DNA of 64,000 nucleotides, from assembly GCA_017499595.2 (NCBI GenBank), contig CM039010.1, positions 372,001 through 436,000 on the forward strand, in the 5' to 3' direction. Below are positions 26,426-38,350 of the stretch, in pieces. Positions within the stretch are counted from its first letter, which is position 1. The number at the start of each line of letters is the position of its first letter. Under the pieces are notes generated by a model. That model saw only the letters and a list, made by a program, of their open reading frames with translations, was not told where the DNA came from and ran no database searches. The DNA is from Psilocybe cubensis (taxonomy: Eukaryota). The translations under genes were made by a program, and so were the position numbers.

Positions 26426-27690
26426 CTAATTTGCGGTCAGTCTGCTTCTTTCCAACGCACTATGCACGATGGTGGAAATCAACTGGTCATAATCAATGCC
26501 GATACTTTCGGCAAGCAGAGGAAAGTCAGAGTACCCAGGTCGCAATCCTGCGAGGGGGTTGACCTATTGTCGACAAGTGAGTAATCAAGGATATGAGAAT
26601 GTATGGTGATGCTTACCTCAATGCAGTTGGGAACAGCGTTAGCATCTTTTGAATCATAGCGGATGTCCACCCTCCCTCCGTCTCTGCATCCGAGCACTTT
26701 CCAAGCCTTGACAGCAACTTCAGCCGCCCGTTGAGCTACGGGATTGCTTGAAAGGTCCATGTTAACATGTTGTGGGTTGGCCCCCGCTCCTGCACGCTTC
26801 ACGCTATTGCTGTATACCTCCAATTCAAGTAGTTCTGGGTCTTGGTTGTCGACAATAGTGGCCGGGTCAATGGGGCAATTCGGGTTGTCTTTCAAGAATA
26901 CTATCTCACGTACGCCAATGGCTCGAGCGTTGGAACCTGTCCCAAGGATGCCTACCGTGAACTCACGGCCGCTCAGGAAGCGTTCAATGAGTATAGTCTG
27001 TGTCGGATACCGCAGTGACAGGTCCTCGACTACTTTTGCGAGTTGCTCATAATCAGTGACCTTGTTCGCTTGTTGAATGCCAACCCCGCTGCCCTCTGCA
27101 CTCGGTTTAGCGAATAAAGGAAATGTTTTTAATGCCTGACTGTGCGGCGAGCTTTGGATCACGGATTCAACAGACATCTCGGCGGCTTTGGACCATGCGT
27201 TCCTGGGCGGCACACACGCATATGGTGCGGAAGGTACGCCGTAATGCTCCAAGACCATCTAAACGCCTACAATTCAGTATATGCTCGCCATGTCAAGTAC
27301 GAATGTCAGCCGTACCTTTGTTTTTGCCTTGTCAAGACACAACCCAAGCGTCGCCGAATCCGAGAATGTGAATGGAATACCCCAGGCCTCCAGCAATGCT
27401 GGCACCTGAGCCTCTCGTCCTACGCCCCCGAATCCTTCACAGATGTTGAATACGATGTCCCAGTCTGGCTTCGATTTAACAAGCACTTTTGTCAGGGCTT
27501 TCAGACCACCAATCATTTCAACTGTCCCAAGTTTTCGCAAGGACGCTGCGATTCGCTGAATCGTTTCGTCGAAATCGAACTCCGCACATTGTTCAGCAGA
27601 ATATCCTAGCGCTAGCCATTCCTCTCGAGAGTCATATGTGAACGCAATTTTAAGGACAGGGGTAGGCATTTTGGCTCCTTGTGCAAGCAT
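26426..27690 (-). CDS. D-alanine-D-alanine ligase-like ATP-grasp enzyme (3 exons)
   Basis: IAFTYDSREEWLALGYSAEQCAEFD, FNICEGFGGVGREAQVPALLE, LDKAKTK, FPLFAKPSAEGSGVGI, LIERFLSGREFTVGIL, GCRDGGRVDIR and IEVNPLAGL. Two ~50-nt introns. A TATAAA close upstream suggests the true start may be the ATG at 27669. Confidence 0.88.
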
Positions 27691-28568
27691 AAATTTTGCG
27701 GCCGTTTATAACGAGAGTTGCTGGGGCTCAAAGGTCCAACGCCGCATGTTGGGTGTCAACAAAGTAATTTATCCTACTTAAATTGTCGTGATAAACGTAA
27801 CTTCTTACACTTACTGGTAAACAGTTACCCTCGAATCGATCCTAGGACTTGTTTAAAATGAATATGTATGGCTTCGCATTGACTGTGCGGACCAATTCCC
27901 GGCCCGCCTTATCGGAACAACGCCGCGTCAGTATCGTGTTTTTCCTTCGATCAGATCCTCAATCCAAGATGTCCACAAAGCTCGCCATATCATGCACTCG
28001 AAGTGGCTCCAAAGCACACGTTGCTCGAATACTGAAGGTCCCACGCGCCATGAAATCTTTTACGGCGGCCTATGACGCGCATACGTCGACTTAGGTGGGG
28101 TAAATTCCTCGGGATATTGGTGAACTATGGCATTCTAACACCATGAGTTAATACTGATCACTTTTCAATAACCTCAATGTTCCTTACAGCATGCAACAAC
28201 TGTTCCTTAATTTCCAGGACTTCGAGAATAAGATGGGGAACACTTCAGCAATCTCGGCACACATGCATACATCCGTTAGACAAAGTTAAGACGGCAGAGA
28301 GCTCAATCCAATGCACTAATTAGCCTAACGATGTAGCATACGTTGCTAGAACACTCTTCTCTGAATTTCCGCATCTGCCAATTTGTGGCAAGTGGAACAA
28401 AACCCGGTCAGAAAGCAATTCAACAAATTGAATTATTTTGCTCAAAAATCTATTTAGCCGGGCCTTTTGAATCATTAGCGTTTCAATCAATTACTCCCCA
28501 AGATTTTGTCCAGTTCAACAACTCCCATTTTTTTCACTGCACGCTTGGACCTTATCCAGCCTTTGAAT

Positions 28569-30251
28569 ATGTTCGGGTCAATGCTACCCAGATATGGATT
28601 AAGAAGCATATTTACTTCTTCAACACGGAGCTTTCGTGCTGTAGAAGGGGAGGCGATAAAACCCATTCATCGCGCCACTTACCTCCCTGACCTTGCTCCA
28701 GGAGATTATACTGTCACCAACCCTCATCCCAGCATATTTGACCTCCAACAGGCCAATAATGTTTCCAACTCCCCATCACATATAACTGGAGTGACTGGAG
28801 TAAATCTTGATATACCCTACTGGAAGGCGCTCCGACCTTGGAAAGATGTAGAGGAGGACAAGTTTCTCAGTTACCAATGGCAGGTATGCGATAGAATGTG
28901 ACATCATTTTTTCCCTAACGTTTTCTGTAGGTTTCAAACAGCGTACAAGGGGAGAAGAAACTTCGAGAATTTCTTGCTGACGTGCTTCCCAACAATATCC
29001 CTTCATCCAGAACTAGAGTTGGAAACCCGAATGTCGCGCCAATTACCACAGCGTATGCATTCATAGAAAGCGTCTCTGATGCGATATCCAAAGCTCCCAT
29101 GGCTATTCGATTGACACCGCATATATTGAGCGTCATTGACTGGTCGGATCCTGTGAACGATCCTATTCGGCGCCAGTTTATCCCGTTAGGAAGCGAACTA
29201 TTACTCGATCATCACAGGCTAAAGCTTGATTCTCTCAACGAGGAGCACGATTCACCGGTTAAAGGCTTAGTCCATAGGTATCCCACCAAAGCCCTGTTTT
29301 TAGGTACGTTTATTGGTGTTGTAGAAAAATGGGTGCTAATATGTAAGTACAGCAACTTCTGTATGCAACGTATACTGCCGGTTTTGCACTCGTTCCTATG
29401 CAGTTGGAGCCAATACTGACACTGTGACCAAAAACTCTCTCAAACCCACAAAGCGACGCTGGGACGAAGTTTTTAACTACATAGAAAATACTCCCCAACT
29501 CAACGATATAGTGGTGTCAGGAGGCGACTCCTTCTATCTTTCGCCTGAGCAACTCTACGACATCGGAAAGCGTTTGCTTGAAATCCCACACATCAGACGA
29601 TTTCGGTTTGCGACAAAGGGCCTGGCAGTTGTCCCATGCCGCATTTTGGACCCTCAGGATACCTGGAGCGCTGCTTTAATCGCAATATCTGACATGGGAA
29701 AGAAGATGGGCAAGGCGGTTGCTGTCCACACCCATTTCAACCATCCAAATGAAATTACTTGGATTACCAGGCTGGCTGCTCAAAAGCTTTTCGAGAATGG
29801 GGTCACTGTGCGCAACCAGACAGTTCTTCTACGCGGAGTCAACGATAATGTGGCGGTAATGAAGAGGCTCATACAAAATTTGGCGGATATCAACATTCTG
29901 CCCGTAAGTTTCCTGACTCTGCTCTTGTACCCGCGATGTCTCCGACCTGTTCGTTTTTCTGTATAGTACTACGTTTATCAAGGAGATATGGTGCGAGGTG
30001 TAGAGGACCTTCGGACGCCGCTGTCAACAATACTTGATCTTGAAGCACAGATTCGTGGAAGCATCAGTGGCTTCATGACCCCACAGTTTATTGTAGACCT
30101 TCCGGGAGGGGGTGGCAAGCGTCTGGCTTCATCTTACAAAGATTACAACAGAATCACCGGGGTGTCCACGTTTGTGGCTCCAGCTGTTACGGGGGATCCC
30201 AACACCGTCTTCAAATACCATGACCCAGTATGGAGTATTCCAAGTCATTAG
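28569..30251 (+). CDS. KamA-family (lysine 2,3-aminomutase-like) radical SAM/PLP enzyme, full-length copy, 4 exons
   Basis: FLSYQWQ, DPIRRQFIP, SPVKGLVHRYP, CNVYCRFC (CxxxCxxC, 29364-29387), SGGD, HTHFNHPNE, NQTVLLRGVND and DLPGGGGK (PLP lysine). The Arg/Ser-rich N-terminus lacks acidic residues and resembles a mitochondrial presequence. Confidence 0.92.
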
Positions 30252-30396
30252 GCTCACGGGGTATTCAATACTTTGATATTGAACTGAATGTAGAAAAAGA
30301 AAATATGAATTATATTACAAGTTGCTACAAGTTAAGACTTCATTACAACATTAAGACCGGGTATTAATGAGAGTGGATATAATGGGTGAATGCCAA

Positions 30397-30968
30397 TTAG
30401 GCAATGGTGATTTTCTTTGGTGCAAGCTCCGGTGTGGATTTCGGGAATGTCACGGTGAGAATACCGTTCTCCATGTTGGCTTTAATCTCCTCACTCTGTA
30501 CAAATTCAGATAAGTTATAAATTCTAAGATTCATGCCAATATTCTACCAACCTTGACACCAGCGGGGAGCTGGAGAGTACGAGAGAACTTGCCAAACTGT
30601 CTCTCGCGCACGGCATATCCGTTCTCCTGGAACTCCTTGTCTTGCTTAGATTCAGCAGAGACAGTCAGGCGATTGTTGTGAACATCAATGTTCACATTGT
30701 CCTTGACAAGTCCAGGAAGTTCAAATGTGGCCGTGACAAGGTTCTTCTCAGAGTCTTCGTGGAGGTCCATCCTGTTTGACATTTGTTAGATTCATCCAGA
30801 TATTGTGAAAGTGGGTGATGCTTACCTTGGTCTGAAAGACCTCACTGCGCCATCGCCAGCTCCGTTTCGTTGCTGGACTTGATTTTTGGGCACGCCTTGA
30901 CGAGCGAAAGCCTCGTCAAAGAGGCGGTCGAAGTCGTAGAATGGTTCGTAAAAGAAGACGCTAGACAT
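30397..30968 (-). CDS. Small heat-shock protein HSP20, copy 1 (3 exons)
   Basis: MSSVFFYEPFYDFDRLFDEAF; PRMDLHED..VTATFELPGL; ERQFGKFSRTLQLP; KANMENGILTVTFPK (alpha-crystallin domain). Confidence 0.93.
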
Positions 30969-31131
30969 TTTGTGTTGTGTGTTGTGTTCAGAGAGATGCT
31001 TGTTACTGCTGGTTGAGCCTTCAATTCTCCTCTTTATATACCTCATTGAAAATGCTCTAGACAATACTAGAAATATATTATTGGTGAACTGCAGACCTTT
31101 CACGGCCTTCCAGTAATTGGCGCTCGTCATG

Positions 31132-31144
31132 GAAGGTTCCAGAA
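31132..31144. promoter_or_regulatory. Heat-shock element, HSP20 copy 1
   Basis: GAAggTTCcaGAA: three alternating nGAAn units upstream of the TATATAAA box. Confidence 0.8.
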
Positions 31145-31669
31145 CATTGAATGGCAAGAAGCCTAAAGCCGTTCTGCCGCCTTTGCAATCTCGCAGCCAG
31201 CCTTGATAAGGCCAAACTTGGTTTCCAAACGCCCCACCCTCTAAGCTACGCCAAACCAATGCTGGTTTAGGATACACTACGCACAGCATCTCTCCAATTC
31301 AGCTCACCCCCATTTTCCATTTTTCCGAGAAAACCATCGGCTCTTCTACTCTTGTCTCACTCTTCCCTCACTCATGTCTGCCTCCATCACCTCTCACCTC
31401 TCTCCCACCAACGAGGCGCATTCCACGCCTATCCCTGCTATCGCCCAGCGGTTTTGAGACCGTGATGACGCAAAACCGCTCTCATCTGGACGCCATACTA
31501 GGTCAGCCATTTGAACAGAAAGCATTTTACACGCCAATACTCACTGTTATAAATGCCTATCCTACTAGACCCGCCATTTCCCTCGTAGTTTGCTGTCAAG
31601 AGTGGCTTTGAGACCAAAATGACAAGAAATGCGCCCTCGCCTGCGAATCTGGCCAAACAGCAGGGATGG

Positions 31670-32215
31670 GAGGTGATGCACAGCCACGGGAGGTCTATGG
31701 AAGAGGTCTTTCAGTCAGTCGCATAACAGGTATTGTACATGCCGATACTCACCGTGATGTACTTCTAACATATTATACCCGCCCTCGCCCTCATAGTCCG
31801 CTGTCAGGAGCGCCGTTGTCACTGAGAAGGGGAGAAATAGCCCCACAGCTTTGCTGGATCATCATAGCACCAAGTCAGTTACTTACACACGGGTAATGCA
31901 CCGATATTCACCTTTCAACGTGAATATCCAACGTGCAAAGTCTGCCGCTCAGCATTTCGCCAAACGATGAGGAGGGGGTGCATGGCACAGCCACGGGACG
32001 TCTCTGGAGAGGTCAGTCAGTCAGTCAGTCATTCAAAGGGGAAACGGCCTTGCAGCTTTGCTGCGTCAACATGGCATCAAGTGAGATAACTACACAGAAG
32101 ATTCAGCACTGATATTCACCTTTCAGCATGTCTATCCAACATGGAACGTCTGTCGCTCAGCGTCTGGGCAAACGACTGGGAGGGGATGTGTGGCACAGCC
32201 ACAGGAGGTCGGTGT
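31670..32215. repeat. Degenerate tandem repeats, ~200-300 nt period
   Basis: GCACAGCCACRGGA at ~31678, ~31985 and ~32193. The ~120-nt block CAGCTTTGCTG...GATATTCACCTTTCA...GCTCAGC appears at ~31846 and ~32053. Confidence 0.7.
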
Positions 32216-35200
32216 GGGGTGATGATGTTCAGCTCTGCCATACTTCCCGTCTCCTCTTTCTCCACCATTGCCCTCGTCTTTCGTTGTCAAGAGCGGGCTC
32301 GTGCAACGCACAAAGCAGGATTCGAGCGGCCAGAGCTAACACTTCATCGTGTCCGTGTCATCCTTACCATCATGTGTGTTACTGACCATCATGCGCGTTT
32401 AGATTCGCAAAACCAGGTGGGCGACGAGAGGGCGGGGCAGATCCCTGGAACGCCGACACCGTTTCCATGAAGACGTGTCTGTGTGTACGATGCAAGGCGA
32501 GTCAGTGTCGTCAGTCTCAGAGGATGGTGCTGCCACTTACCATCGTCTCGCGTTGTTGCTGCATCAACAGGGAGGTGTTATGAGGAGTCCTGGTGTGCAT
32601 CGCGTGAGGTGTAGGCTTACTCATCGTTGCTCCACTGACCATCCTAGCCTCTCGATTTGTGGGGCGGGTGCAGAAAACAGTGCTGCTGGCACTGCGAGGC
32701 AAACTCGACATCACAAGGGCGGATAGTCGTTGTTGTTTTGCTGGGTCAAGATCGAAGCGTGGGCGGGGTGTGTTCAAAAGAGTTCAGCGGCGCCGTGCTG
32801 GCAAGGTGCGTCAGCGTGGTCTATGACAGTCATAGTATTGCGACTTACCGTTGTTGCGCCAGCGTGACCATTGTTCTGCACATCCAGTATCGAATCAACC
32901 TCTGCATATCAACATCCACCCTCAACACTCACCATGCCGTTGCGGTCTGCGGGCAAAGACTCGGACAGAGGAAGAGGGTCGTGATGGTGTTCTGTCAAGG
33001 TGCGCCATCAACGTTCTGCGTATTGTATGGCTGCCGCGTCCATCCGCCTAGGTTGAATCAGCACTAGCGCATCCTTGAAGCGATGAAACTCACCCCGTCG
33101 CAGTCTGCTCTGCATTGTCAAGACTCTGTAAAGCACGCCGTCAGCGTCGTCCTCGATAAAAGAAACATAACTGCTTACCGTGAGGAGGAATGCGAGACAA
33201 CCGGGAAAAGCTGAGAGCGGACAAGCCAGAGAAGACGAGGGGATGAGGGAATGAAGGATGCCAGCAAAGTGCGTGCTATTTATATACCCGCGTGGTTCTA
33301 CCGGTACGCCTGTTACATGTCGTAAGTAGTCCGAATATACAGATTTTTTTTTTTGTCTTGCTTGTTAGTGCATTTTCGGGTTACGAAAGGTGCGAACGGT
33401 GTCTTGAGATGGCAAATTGAATGGCTTGCTCCGTCTGAAAGCTAGATCTGTGGGGTCGGAATTGTATGAAAACTTGCAAACGGTTGCATTTCGGGATTGA
33501 CATTGAATCAGATATCAATGTCATAAACTCTACAGCAACATTACATTGATTTCAAGGCTGAACAAAGAATCACAACACCGTGCATAGGCAAGTGCTCGTA
33601 TTCAATACTGAGTAATTTACTGGAACTTGTGTTACAAGCCCTACTGCCCCAAAGTGGCCCGGAACACAAATAACGAGAATCCATGAAACCGCCATCCAAT
33701 CTCTCCAACCCATCTTCGAAATTTTGAAAATCCTCATTGACTCGGGAACAGGTACGTACACCCATATCTCAAATCGTACGTACTCGACGGAAAACTCGCA
33801 TTCTAGCACTCCCGGTGTGCGGACACATGTTCTGGAGTCGATACAACGAATCCATCTTCTGTGCAGCAACAAATTGAACGCCGCTGTTCTTGCTAGTGGA
33901 CCTGCCGTTATGAATAGCCAAGGGTATTTTGGCTAGGGTATTTCCGGAGCCAAATTCAAGGGAAACCGTTTGAAATGGTTGGAATGTTGATTTGGGAGAG
34001 GAGGCGGGGATCCGGTTGCACAGGAATGGATTGTGTAGTTTTGGATTATCCGTTGGTTCGACGGCTGAGGGGGATGCAGTGGGATACTTTGGAAACCTCC
34101 ATGAGCTGGATATAGGTATGTGATCACTGTTCAAGGCGTTATTTGCATTGAATGCAAGAATGCGCATTCTCGGCGCTTAATTGGTGTTCATATGAATTGT
34201 AAACTTGTATATTGCTCACCGGACACGGTGAGTCTCAAAGACCTACAGACTGTCCAGGGAGTATCCATACATTGAATTAGGGGCCCCCTGTCATTGAAAA
34301 ACGCGTATTCTAGGTAAAGGTGTTATTTCAATAATGAGGGCATCCGAATCATGACTACTCAGAACAGTACGCAACCAGACAAAATTTTCGACTTTCCAAC
34401 GGTTCATCCGAACATCCATGACAGCCTTACACTATACTCAACGTACTCTACCTCACCGAGTCCCGGGAAGAACGCGGAATCGATGTAGAATTGCACGGCA
34501 TGTATATCGCATGCACAAATGCATTTCGTTGCACTCATTTCGCAGAGCTTCTAGGTCGCGTAACGGAAGTTTAGCCGAGCCGAGTAGGTACCCTCTAGTG
34601 CCCGAGAAGACCCGCAATGGAAAAAGACGTTGGAAATAGGCTGGAATTGCGAAATGGGTGAGGGGGAGGATGTGGACATGTACGTGAGTTGAAATTGTTG
34701 ACGAAATTTTTGAGATTGTTGACTTGGGATGGATTATTTGAGTACGGTAGGGTGTGATACATAGTATGAGAGTACAGGGAATTCTGTGGAATAGCTTTGA
34801 GATCGAGGTAATATTGTATTGCGCTCTGTTTTGTGCTGAAAGTGCGTTTGGGCGCTTAACACTTTTGGATGTCTCGAACTTTACTCAGCCGGCGCAGCAC
34901 CTACATATTTCATTTTATCAGGTACTATACGTAGTAATACAGCCCTCCAATACCCTAATATACCATAGAACGTCCCAGACGATCAAAATATGTGATATAC
35001 ACAATTTCACGGCTCGCCCTGAACATTTCAAAGTTTCCGGTATTTCCACACCGCCACAAGCCGCTACCTCTTCAACCATGCAACCCAGCATCCATGGTAA
35101 CACGCTTGACCCCCTTAACCAACGGAAATACAGGAAATGGTCGCTGTACGTCTGCCACGTCGTTTCGACGAGCCTGCATTTGTTGGAGTTGCGTACATCT

Positions 35201-37037
35201 TCCAGCGGGCATCTGGGCTCTTGAGCTCTGAGTCACAACGTCATTCGCTAGCCGAGAGGTACTAGAGCAGTCTATATTAAGGCTCAGGCAGAATGGAAAC
35301 GACTGAAATGAGGTAAAACGATGAATCGGGGGAGGAGGATGACATTGCTTTGCATGTCTTAATATAATGTTATTACTTTGCATGCTTACTGGTGGCGTTT
35401 CTAGGATATTATATCCTTGCCAGTAGACCATATAGCATACCTTGGAGTGCTTGGATTAGCGTACAACTGCTCGAGTTACTTGATTATCCGGTTAGATGTT
35501 ATTTATGACATTTTGATTGTAAATTCCACTTCATTCCTCAAAGTACGGATATTTCTAATGATTTCATGCCTTTTTGACATTCTACGGTGCACTGTACACC
35601 CCATAGACACCCAACGAAGGTCTCAAGTGTCTGAATTCGAGTGCCACGTCATTACAATTCGCGCACTCGACTGGAAACTCTCCCTTTCAAGGCATTTCTC
35701 TTGACATGTTTTGTATTCGTTGACTTATTCATTAGGTGGTCAAGTCACTGCAAAAATCCAATACGATTCAAACGCCTCACATACTCTCGAACCCATAAAC
35801 TATCAGAGCGTAAGCTCCAGCGAGTACTTACGTAACTGTGAACCTGAGAGTCAGATCTAAGGTTAGTTTAAAATTGTAAAGCAAATCGGGAGCGAGTCGA
35901 CTATACCTAAAGCGGATTTGTAGGAAGCAGCGGCGCTTATTGGATGTTACAGCACTTTTCGCTGTACCGTGTCGTCATTGAATTAATTTTTTGATACCCG
36001 CGTGGCTTGGTGTAAATTTGAGATTCACTGAGACGCGTCGGACGTGTCGCGTCGCATTCAGGTGACCTGAGTCTTGTTTATTTTCGGACCTTGCACTACG
36101 CGTTTTGGGGTTGAGGAAAGCAGCGTGTTTATAATATTCAGGGTTCTGTACGTAGGTGAGTTGGTTCTGAGCCGTATGCACGTAACAAATGTCGAGCGTT
36201 GTGAAGCAACAGTCAACAAAACCACGGAGTTTTACACGAATGTGGATGTCCAGGTCTAACCTGCAAGGCTTTATCAATGCCCAGCGGATGCTAGACATAC
36301 AAGAGAGAAGACAATTACTCCAGTGTTTGGCACGATTGCAACGAGCATTTTTCAAAGCCCATGGATTGTTGAAGCTGGGAGGACTTGTAATCAGTATACT
36401 ATTGAGGAAGAATTTAAATCAAGAGTAATACAAAGGCTGCAAAAGGGAGGCAAAAGTGCAGATTGTCAAGGCCATCTCAGAATAAACTTTATGGCATTGA
36501 ATTAAAAAAATTACAAAAGTTCGTAAACTTCGGAAACGAGGTTCGGTGAAGCAGGACTAGTAGTATAATTGATGAAGCTAGAGAAAATGGCCTGAGGTGC
36601 TAATAAAATGCAACACGACTCTTGGCAGAAAAAAAGGTATAAAGAGGGAGCCAGATTTCATGAACACCAGCTGTGCATTATGCCCTGATGCTGGGGGCAT
36701 GCTATTCCAGTCTTTCGTCGTCCAACCCTATTCATTGTTTGTGTGTGCCAAACATGGACTTTGAAATTTGATCTCGCATCACATCTTTGCTTTAACCCAC
36801 CACCATGTGTCAGTTTTTTAATCTTTTACCAAGGCTTTCACATTACTGACAAGGCATTGCAGGCTCTTTTAACTGCCGAAAGCAACACGAATGTAACTTT
36901 ACGTCTAACGTCAACTGCTGTTCTGGAATTTCGAAGCTGTGTGTGGACGGTTAGGGGTCGTATCGAGGCTGAGGGTCGGGTAAGTAAGTTGATTACTTTG
37001 CGGGGATTTGGATGTGCACTGACATGTTTTGTAGTCA

Positions 37038-38350
37038 GAATGCTCCGACGCAATGTATCGCTTTCCCGCGGCCGGCCTCGCTCACAGCTGGCATTTGGAA
37101 GTTGGACTCGACAGCTAGGGTTTTAGAAGGCTGAAGTGCTGAGGTTCTGGTAAGCAGGTTTCTATTCAAAGTTTCGGGCATATTCTGACCTCTATATTGT
37201 AGGATAGACACTACGTATCGATTTCCCGCGACCGGCACCATGCCAATTGAGCAGCGAGGGATTGTGTTAAGGATGGAGAGTTGGTAAGTGTATTGACTTT
37301 CAGTACTCTGGGTATGTTCTTACTTTGTTTTGTAGCGACGCAATATATCTATTTCCCGCGACTGACTGTTCATTGCACCACACCAAGGGAGAATGTGGTG
37401 GTAAGTACATCGAGTCCCAGTGCTCTGGACATGTGCTGACCTTGATTTTGTTACCCAGAATGCCCCGACGCAATATATTGTCTTCCCGCGACCGCCTGAT
37501 CTCCATCGGAGGAATGAACTGGTGAGTACATCGTGGTTTAATGCTCAGTACAAGTTCTGACATTGTTTTAGTAGCTAGTATGCTCCAACGCAACGTATCG
37601 CCTTCCCGCGACCACCCCTTCCTGTCCATCTCCAACCTTACTCTACCACAATGTACCGAGCTCCCGCAACCCACGTATCACCTTACATACTCGACAGCCA
37701 CCGCCCATTTTTATGTAACAATGTCTCGCAAGCTGGGAAAGTTGTATTGATGCCATGTTCCCCCACGACGGCCTCGATGCAATGCATGGAATTCCCACAA
37801 ACGCTCCGACGCAATGTATCACCGTCCGGCAAGCTGGATGCGTTGGACTGGTTCCCCCTTCCTCGACATTGTGTGAAGACAAACGAACGACTTCCCGAGG
37901 TCTCGACATGACATACGAGTCCCCGCCAACCATGTTCTTTGCTCCGACGCAACCTATCTTCGTCTGGCGAGCTGGACACGATGGGTAGGTGCCCCTTTCC
38001 TCCAACAAGTTCCCGATGCCTTGCCATGACGTATGGAGTCCCCGTCAACCTTGACGCAACGTATTGCTGTCCGGCGAGCGGCCTTGTAAAATTCCTGCGA
38101 ACCATGCCCTTTGCGCCGACACAACGTATCGCCGTCCGGTAAGCTGGACGCGTTGTTAGACTGGAGCCCCATTCCCTCAACAAGTTCCCAATGCCTCAAC
38201 ATGGCACACAAGTCCCGCCAACCGTGGTCTTTGTACTGACACACCGTATCGGTGCCCGGCGAGCTGGACGCGTTGGATTTCTGTCCCCCCGACGCGACTC
38301 GTGGAGTTATCAAGGAATCGCCGTCATGTTGTTCCGACTCAGCGTATTGC
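37038..38350 (+). repeat. About 11 degenerate repeats of GCTCCGACGCAAYGTATCGC; probable decayed repeat-protein gene
   Basis: Copies near 37040, 37208, 37335, 37460, 37580, 37802, 37940, 38051, 38112, 38232 and 38331. The first copies are separated by GTAAG/GTGAG...AG intron-like blocks. Confidence 0.75.

Larger units (their letters stand above)
29005..31157 (+). repeat. Direct segmental duplication, copy A
   Basis: Near-identical to 38813-40946, with scattered SNPs, one 20-nt net indel and one 1-nt indel. Confidence 0.95.

Noticed and set aside
27706-27747. Upstream in-frame ATG (MRRWTFEPQQLSL*) as a readthrough extension of the ligase
   Set aside because: The stop lies within a TATAAA that is more simply the TATA box, so the segment is probably not transcribed.
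31275-31279. CACTA terminus at the left edge of the 7.5-kb insert
   Set aside because: The same GATACACTA occurs in the homologous host promoter of HSP20 copy 3, and there is no TAGTG at the right edge.
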